Origin: the human T2T-CHM13v2.0 reference genome, Homo sapiens
Direction: 5' to 3' (one strand)
Length of the DNA stretch: 64,000 nt
NCBI RefSeq assembly: GCF_009914755.1
Contig: NC_060925.1
Under the pieces are notes generated by a model that was given only the letters and a program-made list of their open reading frames with translations, was not told where the DNA came from and ran no database searches. Each line of letters starts with the position of its first letter. Position 1 is the first letter of the stretch. Shown one piece after another: positions 52,201 through 64,000 of this stretch. A program made the translations under genes and the position numbers.

Positions 52201-52935
52201 ATAAAAATCACAATAAGATATCATCTCACACCAGTTATTATTAAAAAGTCAAAAAATAACAAATTTGGCAAGGTTGCAGAGAAAGGGAAATCCTTATACA
52301 CTGCTGGTGGAAATGGAAATAGTTCAACTACTGTGGAAAGCAGTATGGTGATTTCCCAAAGAACTTAAAACAGAATTTTAATTCAACCCAGAAATCCCAT
52401 AATTGGGTATACACCCAAAGGAATATAAGTCATTCTACCATAAAAACACATGCACGCATATGTTTATCTCAGCGCTATTCACAATGGCAAAGACATGGAA
52501 TCAACCTAAATGCCCATCAATAGTAGAGTGGATAAAGAAAATGTGGTACATACACATCATGGAATACCACACAGTCATAAAAATGAACAAAATGATGTCC
52601 TTTGCAGCAACATGGATGGAGCTGGAGGCCATTATCGAAGTATGAAGAAATAACATAGGAACAGAAAACCAAACACCACATGTCCTCATTTATAAGTGGG
52701 AGCTAAACATTGAGTACATATGGACACAAAGATGAGAACAGACACTGGGGCCTACTTGAGGGTGGAGGGTGGGAGAAGGGAGAGGATAGAGAAACTACCT
52801 ATCTGGTACTGGTACCTGGGTAATGAAATAATCTGTACACCAAACCCCCACAACACGCAATTTACCTATGTAACAAACCTGCACATGTACCCCTGCAACT
52901 ATAATAAAAGTTAAAACAAAACAAACAAATGAATA
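46231..52935 (+). mobile_element. Full-length L1PA15/16-like LINE-1 (~6.7 kb), inactive, antisense to AGBL4
   Basis: 5' GGAGTTGGGTCAAGATGGTGGACTACAAGCAGC; ORF1 remnant from ~47862, ORF2 remnant from ~48935; L1PA16-type 3' UTR (GACACTGGGGCCTACTTGAGGGTGGAGGGTGGG…); imperfect TSD AAA(T/C)ATCTAT. Confidence 0.92.
46760..47540 (+). repeat. Degenerate ~140-bp tandem monomers (5-6 copies) in the L1 5' UTR
   Basis: Anchor TA(G/T)CCAG at 46861, 47009, 47144, 47285 and 47425, each followed by a CTGCTAGAGCTTCCAG-like block. Confidence 0.85.
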
Positions 52936-54922
52936 AACATCTATGCATCCTATTGGTCTGTTTCTCTGGAGAACTCTGACTACTACAAAGAGAATTCAAA
53001 ATCTTAAGATAAAGGATAATGTTTTAGAGTGTGTAAACTCAGGAAGAGAAGAGAGAAAGACTTACAAGGCAAGTCCAGAAAATGTTTGCTGAGCTAAATT
53101 CCTTAGCCAATAACAGAGCCATCTCTTTATCCAAACGTTCTGTTTGTCCTACACTTGGAGCATCTTATTGTTCCCCCTACTTCAATAACCTCAACAAACT
53201 TGCTTCTACCTTTTCAATTTATTCCTTGAGGCTCATTTTCTGAATCTGACAAAAAAGAATCATATTTTATGGTTATTGTAGAGATTAAACCTATGTAAAG
53301 CATCTAGACTAGTACCTGTGCAACAAATGATGGTTGTAATTATCAATTTTGTTCTTGTTTCTCCTTCTACCATCATTATCAGACTATCTTGGAATTTTCT
53401 GTTTCATACCTGCCCTTCTCAGCAGACTGTGAGCAACTCAGTGGCATGGGGTCCACATCAGCTCACCTCTGCATCTTAGCTCTCAGCATAGAGCTTGGTA
53501 CAGAGAAAATTTTCAAATATTTGTTGAAGGAATGAAAGAGTGAATGGCTTTCTCCTTTTCTGAACACTGTTCTGCCAGGCCCAACTGCTTGCAGTTACTT
53601 GAATGGCACTTGAAATTTACTCTTCAGAGGACAGTGGTAAAGGAGGCCTTTTGTGAAGATGACCTTTAGGTTTTGGTTCTATTCAGTTGCATTTTCCTTC
53701 TTTTATTTCACAAGAAGAGAAACTGGATGAGACATCAAGGGAAAAGACATAAAATCCTGGAGAGCCTAGATGGAATTTGCACCTCCCCAAATTGCCCTGA
53801 GGTCCTTAGATTGCAACTAATTATCACCAATAATTAGGGCTGCTCTTCAGAGAAGCAGAAATAGTGTCCTGTAGAGAGCATACCATGTTCCTCAAAGAGA
53901 AATTCAAATGGGACAGATGTCAGTCCCCTCCCAGCATCTTTTGCTGATGAGGGGGCTCTAGTCTGCTTCAGTAACTGACCCAGAGACTTACTGCCTGGAC
54001 TGACAAGATAATAATGAGAAAACAACACAACGCATCTTGAAAGTGTTTTGAAATTTTAAAAATTCTTTTATAGCCAATATCTTACTAGATTCTCACACCA
54101 GTCATATAATGGAAATAAGATTTATTAATTCATTGTAGACCTACCATGTACAATTTACTTGGCTAAGCACTGAAAATATAGTAGTAAGCACATCACACAA
54201 AATACCTGCCTTTAAAGAATTTGAAGATTCATGCATAAGACAGTAAATAAATGTCATTACAGTACAGTGTAAGCAGTACTATAAATAAAAGTATAGGTAA
54301 CTATGCTAAAAATTATGTTCACATTGTGTGATTCTGTGACTAGATGACTTGGAGAAGGTAGTATTTGACTGTTACAGCAAATGAAAGTAATGTAATATCT
54401 CCAACATAAAAAAAGCAAATTCACAGAAATGAAATAACTTGTTCATGGTTGTATAATAACTAGAGAGCCAAAACCAAAACCTAGGTTCTTTAACTTCAAA
54501 TCTTTGGCTTGTTATAAGAAAGCATCTCTATTCAATATACAATTTGCCTCTACAGCTTTCCTAAAAATGTCTATCTAGACTCTGCTTGAATACATTTAGT
54601 GACAAAAGCTTACCACTTCATAAGGTAGCTCATTTCATCATAGGATAGAGTTCATCTTTAAAACTTTCTTCTTTAACAGAAATAGCAATGGGGAGGAAAT
54701 ATTGTGTTTAAAGAAAGAAGGGGCTTGTGTATAGCTGTGGATACAGAAAGTGTGACTTTTCGCATAGTTTTGTGAGATAGACAGAAAACTAGAGCTCTGG
54801 CTAAAATGAAAAGGATGGAATAGGCCAAGAGTTGATACAGATGCAGAGCAACTAGGATTCTCATACAGTGCTGGCAGAAGTGTCAATTGGTAGTACTGGC
54901 ACTATTTATAAAATAAAACATA

Positions 54923-57864
<2,942 letters not shown>

Positions 57865-58312
57865 ATATACATACTTGATGACTAATTCTACTCCTGTATA
57901 CCCAACAGAACTGCATACATATGCGTACCAAAAGACATAGAATAATATTCCTACAACACTATTTATAATACACAAAATTAGAGAGTTCCAAAATTCCACC
58001 AACAATATAATGGATAAAATAATTGTGGGATTAAGTCAGGATAGTCTTAGTGGAAGGGGAGTAAAAAGAGGGCTTCTGAGATAATGGTGACATTGTTTCT
58101 CAATCTGGGTGCTGGTTACACTGATGTGTTCAGATCATGAAAATTTATCAGGCTGTACACTTATTATATGTGTACTTTTATGTTTGTCTAATATACTTAA
58201 TTTAAAAAAACCAGTGTTCTGATTCACTGATGCACCTGGACTCTCTGGAGGTTACCCATGAAGGCCATAGGACCACTGGGGAAAAGACTAGAAAGACTTT
58301 GGCTCTAGACAA

Positions 58313-58607
58313 TTTTTTATTTTTGTGAGACAAGAATCTTGCTCTGCTGCCCAGGCCAGAGTGCAGTGGCACGATCTCAGCTCGCTTCACCTCTACCTCC
58401 GAGGTTGAAGCTATTCTTGTGCCTCAGCCTCCGGAGTAGCTGGGATTACAGGCGTGCACCACCACATCTGGCTAATTTTTGTGTTTTAAGTAGAGACGAG
58501 GTTTCGCCATGTTGGCCAGGCTGGTCTGAAGCTCTTGGCCTCAAGTAATCTGCCCACCATGGCCTCCCTAAGTGCTGGGATTACAGGCATGAGCCACTGT
58601 GCCAGCC
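58313..58607 (-). mobile_element. AluS-type SINE
   Basis: Reverse dimeric Alu; TSD TCTAG(A/G)CAATT. Confidence 0.92.
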
Positions 58608-58769
58608 TCTAGGCAATTATTTAATGAGGTAAAAGTTTTTCATTCTGTTACTTAGGCACAGTCCTATTATGGACCACCTGATTCTACAGACATAATATAC
58701 TACCTAGTTGAAAAATTCAGCTTATGTGATGTAATGGAGTTATGACATTCCTTCTTCAAGAGAGAGGTA

Positions 58770-58990
58770 GCTTTGTTGCAGTGGAATGACCATGGATCTG
58801 GGAGGCAAGAGATGTAGGCTTGAACTGTGGCTCTGTTACTTACTGACTTACTGTGGTATAACAAATCACTTCACTCTAAGATCATCTGTAAAATGAAAAG
58901 CTATAGGATTAACCACAATCTGTAAGAAATAAACATGATATGTAAAAACTCCCAGCTCCACTCTGTGCCTGGCCTGTAAAGAAAATTGGA
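58770..58990 (+). mobile_element. MIR SINE
   Basis: GGCTCTGTTACTTACTGAC…CAAATCACTTCACTCT…CATCTGTAAAATG. Confidence 0.65.
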
Positions 58991-60744
58991 GTACATGTGT
59001 TGTATCTGAAAAAGGGAGGACGATTTCACTTAGGAATGCATATAGAGTGGAGGAGATGTAGTTATGTCCCAGCCCTTGCTGTCTGATCAAACTGGACATA
59101 GAAGACCCAATATAGCACTGAGAAAAGTCCCAGAGCCTGATCTGGTTTAGGACAGGGCTGGAACAGCCTGAGATATGAGAAGAGATGTGATCTGAGGATA
59201 GGAAAATGCCGGAAGAGTAACATCCATCATCTCTAAAGGGCAAAAGTGTGGTGCAGCCATAGCAATAGGTCAGGAAGCAGGGATTCTAAGAGGTGTGTAA
59301 GAAATATAGCACTGAGTAGGTTCAGGTAAAGGTTTCAGGACACAGAATGTGAAGAGCTCTCCAGGGCTAGGAGTTCACTGCAACCTGGCACTGGCCTAAT
59401 GACATGAGGGTGGTCAGAGAGTTTAAAGGGGCACCACTGGACTAGAAAATCTGGACTATTAAGAATTTCAGCAGGAAGCCTTCTCTTTAGCTAAACCCTT
59501 CACAGGTGAGGCTGGAGCTTGGCGCACACTGCCTTTCTCCCACATGTGATTTTAGGCATTCACAGATCAAATAAAAGTTTAAAAACCTATTTTGATACAT
59601 GGCAATATGCAATCCAATGGTTTTCTGTTGTGTTCTATGGCCTTTCTGCTGTGTGTCTGTTTTGCTATTGATTTTAATTATGGAATATAATTTCCGGCAC
59701 GAGGTCTCAAGGCAGCTCCCTCCCACGGGCCAAGCTCTTGCTAGAGCCTCCCAGAGGAAGGCGAATGGGAAAGCAGTATGACTTAGAGCTATGTGCTATT
59801 CCTTACAAAGGACACAATGGTTCTTTTCATATAAATGTCACTGCTTCGGTCTGATGCTTCTCCACTATCCCACTAAGCTTGAAGTAAGAATGAAATGTGG
59901 GACTAGAAATACTGCTTAGCTGCTGGGCTCATTTCAACAAAAAGCAAAGGAACTTGCAAAGCAGAGCCTGAAACCAGGTATATGGTATGTCCAAACTGTG
60001 AGGGAGGCCCTCAGTTTACCAAAAGTTCAGGTCTGAAAATAATATTAGCATATGGGACACACACACATTATAACCTCTTGAGGCAAAGTGCATAATTGTA
60101 AAAAGTCATGAAGTGTAAATCTGGAGATTGGGTTCTCATTCCAGCTCTGTCACTAACTACCAATAGGACCTTATATAAGCAACTCAATGTATCAGCACCT
60201 CAATCTCCTAAGCTGCAAAACAAGATCATTTGATTCAACAATTGCTTCCTCTGTGCTAAGCATTGTGCTATGTGGTTTCACTGTTTCATTTAATTACCAG
60301 AATAACTTTGCCATGGAAACATTATAATCCAAGTACTTTGGGCCATGAACTACTTCTTTTTTGTACTTATCAGTCCATACTATAATTTATTTGTGTAATG
60401 ACTGCCTGTCACCCTAGACTGTGATACCTTCAGAGCAAAAGTGGGTCTGATTTGATTCTATATCCCTAGGGTCTAGGACTTGTCAGAGTAAGACACAGGC
60501 AAGAAGAAGAGAGGCTGTTAGAGATGAAAGTCAAACTGAAAACTGACTTCACTAAAAGACAACCCAGGAGCAGAAAGTCATGAGAAGGCCCTGGGGCTTT
60601 GGCTTCTTCTATAACAGAACAGCAAATTTCTGTCTGTCTCTTTAATATATGCACACAAGCATTCATTCTCTTTTTCTCTCTCTCTCATTCTAGGGTGTGG
60701 GCAGGAACAGTCCAGGGTCTGTCAGTCAAGGTCAGTACTAACAG

Positions 60745-61215
60745 TGTTAGGAACTGGGTACAACTTGAGGGAGCTTGCAGCAGGTCAGATTCTCCATGAA
60801 GCAAAAACTGAAGAGGAAATTAGCACTCAGGATGTTTAAGGAACACTCCTGGGTTCAAACCTGCTGAAGGAGGAGAAAGAAGTAGGAGTTGATGAAGGAA
60901 AAAGTAAACTGTGATGCAAAACTAAGGGTACCCTTGTTACACCCTTAGGGAGCTCTGGAGCTAGAATGGCTTTTCAGAGCTGTCCTAAGTTGGGCCGAGA
61001 TAACCAGGCCTTTATACTCCTTCCTATATGAATCAGCCGTTGGATGTAGAGTCCTTAGGAAGGAACACAACATTGGCTGTGTACCTCTCCGTATATGAAG
61101 CAATCCCTGAAGAGGCTTACAGCTGAAGGCTGTCTGCCGAGTACACTCCCAGGAACTGGGGCAATATGTCGTCTTCAAAGGAGAATCTGGATGGTGCATC
61201 ATTGTGTCCACCACA
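60745..61215 (-). mobile_element. LTR16A-like ERVL LTR
   Basis: Reverse complement of the right end reads TGTGGTGGACACAATGATGCACCATCCAGATTCTCCTT, resembling the LTR16A start; internal GGGAGCTCTGGAGCTAGAATGG. Confidence 0.65.
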
Positions 61216-61907
61216 GATCTCAAGATCACCAAATCCGGACTGGCAATGCATAAGAGGCATGAAGTTCTGGTAAGACTGGATAGCTAGTGGAGAGGAACAG
61301 GTGAACATATGTCGGGGTAGAAGTCAAGTCAGGCAGCAAGGATCCTGAAGGCTGCATGCCTAGGCCAGAGATTGTAAGTCCAAGTTGGCAATGCCTGAGT
61401 CTAGGGAGTCGGGCAATGTTCACAGGGTCAGGCAGGGCTCAACTAACATAGCAGAAACAGTTTTAAAACCAGCAGCTAAGAGGGCTCCAGGAAGTAACAC
61501 CAAGGAATTGGGAAAGAAGAAAACTACTATTATTATATTACGTTCCTACTCTGTGCTAGGCATTTTACATAATTTATCTCCTTTCTTTCTAGTAACTCCA
61601 AGTTAAGATGCTATATTTCACCATGCTGCAGATAAGGATGCTGAGGCTTATAAGACTTCAGTAAGGTGATTTAATCAGTAAATGGTAGGGCGGACATTCA
61701 AGTCCAAATTAATGTCTAGGAGGAAAGGACAACTCAATGAGCCTGGGTTCCAGGGCAGAGTTTCTTATGTGTATGAGACACTCAAGTCCCAGCTGAAAGA
61801 AGACTCAGACCTACAGGTTCTGTGACCTTGTGTGAATCATCCATCTACGGGTCTCAGTTTTTTCTCATGTTTCAAATGAAGAGTGAAATGAATGACTTCT
61901 AAGGAAC

Positions 61908-62214
61908 TTTTTATTCTTTTTTTTTTTTTAATTGAGACAGAGTTTCACTCCATCACCCAGGCTGCAGTGCAGTGGTATGATCTTGGCTCACTGCAACCTC
62001 CGCCTCCCAGGTTCAATCTATTCTTGTGTCTCAGCCTCCTGAGGAGCTGAATTACAGGTGCGTGGCAGCATCCCCAGCTAATTTTTTGTATTTTTAATAG
62101 AGGCAAGGTTTCGCCATGTTGGCTAGGCTGGTCTGGAACTCCTGACCTCAAGTGATCCGCCTGATTGGCCTCCCAAAGTGCTGGGATTACAGGCATGAGC
62201 TACCATGCCTGGCC
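61908..62214 (-). mobile_element. AluS (Sz-like) SINE
   Basis: Reverse dimeric Alu with poly-T; imperfect TSD TAA(G/A)GAA…TTTT. Confidence 0.92.
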
Positions 62215-62742
62215 TAAAGAATGTTTTAGTTCTAAACATCTATATATGTGAACCTAATACATGGTTCTAAATAAGAATACTCTATACAGAATAATGACTA
62301 ACAGCATGAATTCTGGAGTCAGAGGGATCTGTGTTTAAATCCTTACTCTTTGACAGTGTGAAATTTAGTAGGGGTGTGGGTGGGTGGCACATGCATAAGT
62401 GTGTGTGTATTGATTTGTGTCTGTGTTTGAGGTGTGATATTTTAAAAACATCCAGAAAAGTATGAGACAAATAGAGTTCAGAGGGTGTTCTGTTCCATTT
62501 TCAATCTAGGGGTTATAAAACAGACTGCCTCTAGGCTGCCCCATAGCAAATTGATTCCTGTGGGATATGAACAAAAATTAGGAAGTACTATGTTCCCCCG
62601 TGAGAGGACACAGAAGTTAGCTGAGAATCTGGCTGGGAGCTTACTAGTGAGAAGTCCTCATGTCAAAGGAGAGACTATCTGATATAGATCATAGACAAGA
62701 GAAAATATGACACCAGAAAGGACTTCTAGGCCATGATCAACT

Positions 62743-62790
62743 GAGAGAGGGAGAGAGATAGAGAGAGAGAGAGAGAGACAGAGAAGGGAG
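62743..62790. repeat. (GA)n-rich microsatellite
   Basis: GAGAGAGGGAGAGAGATAGAGAGAGAGAGAGAGAGACAGAGAAGGGAG. Confidence 0.85.
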
Positions 62791-64000
62791 ACACAGCACC
62801 AGCAGTAGGTTTTAGCAGCAGATACCCTTAGACGGCCAAACACAGAGCTTGGACACCTCATTGGTCTCCTATCTGAGGAACAACCCAGATCAGCCATTCC
62901 ATAGCTAAGATCAAAGAGAATCCAGAGACTATCTTGTGGATCCAAAATTCCCATGGCCGCCTTCTTCTCACAAGGTCAGTACTATCAGACACTATTTTAG
63001 AGTGGAGGAGGAGGCAGGGAGGGGAAGTAAAAATCCGAGAGATCAGGCAATTTTACCTAAAGAGCAATATATCAGTATAAAGGGGTGGTTTAGTTATGGC
63101 ACAGGACCAAGTTTACTGGTTTGAAATAAAAGTTTTGTTATTGTTATTTATTTTCAAGCTTCCCAGCACGTGGGGACTCCTGAGGAAGACCAGAGCTGTT
63201 TTACAGAGAGGAAAATACCATATTTTGTCTGTGTCCTATGAGTAAAATTTCTGGACTCACTATTATAAAATATTAACATAAGATTTGATGTTACAATTTT
63301 ACAGTGTTAGACTTCATGTATCTCTAATGTGAGTATAGTTATTGACACATAATAGGATCTTAGTATCTGTTGAATCAGTCTAATGAATAAATAAATGAAT
63401 CCATTTTGAAAAGTCAGCCTCATAACACCCCTGTGAAGTAGATAGCAGTATAATATCCATTGAAAATCTAGGCTTAGAAAGGTTAACTGAGTTGTGACAA
63501 GCCATATATAGCATATACATTTGCATTGGTGTTTGAACTTGGGTCTCTTGACTCCAAGGCCATTTCCTGGTTCCACTATCACTTGTTCTCACTTCAATCT
63601 CATGCCAGCCACAAACCCACCACTAAGATGCTGAAGGACAAAGAGAGATTTTTCTGAGGCCCATTCTAGGCCTAGGGTCCTGTCCACTGACTCATGATTC
63701 AGATTCCTATTCTGTTATGAGGCATCTGTGGTTAGCAGTTCTCACATATTCATGTCTGATATAAATTTCTACATAGCTCAGCTTAAGAATGCATAAACCA
63801 CTTCCCTGGTACAGACTTCCTGCTCACACAGTAAAAGCCAATCTCCCTCAGCATTTTCAGCCCCTGTTAGTGCTTACCCAATAGTTTCTGTCTTTGGGAC
63901 CCCAGATTGAGAATTTGGGATTAGAGTCTACTGTTAGAGGCTTATTATTTTTGTCTTCCTGCTTATAGCAATATTTTTGCAAAGCTGAGACAGGTCCCTT

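Overview
Primate (almost certainly human) genomic DNA, AT-rich and dominated by repeats. It lies inside the very large gene AGBL4 (cytosolic carboxypeptidase 6, CCP6), which is transcribed on the minus strand. The only host coding sequence is one 217-nt internal AGBL4 exon (6313-6529, -); the remaining ~63.8 kb is intron. The intron carries layered transposon fossils: a full-length L1PA7-like element in sense orientation to AGBL4, a full-length L1PA15/16-like element inside an MLT2 LTR, and a 5'-inverted (twin-primed) L1PA4-like element inside MLT1D inside an old L1M. It also carries two complete THE1 (MaLR) proviruses plus a solo LTR, five Alus, MER1B, MER2, a ~2.3-kb hAT/BLACKJACK-like DNA transposon, and many L2/MIR/MLT remnants. 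Nearly all ORFs in the supplied track are repeat-derived or chance. I found no evidence for a new multi-gene system. The best leads are: (1) a well-formed + strand (antisense) exon at 9036-9142; (2) a ~127-nt foldback hairpin made by inverted duplication inside the hAT fossil; (3) a frameshift-extended L1 ORF0-like ORF in the L1 antisense promoter region; (4) short 3'-transduction-like tags on two adjacent same-subfamily L1s. Subfamily names come from recalled consensus features, not from a RepeatMasker run.
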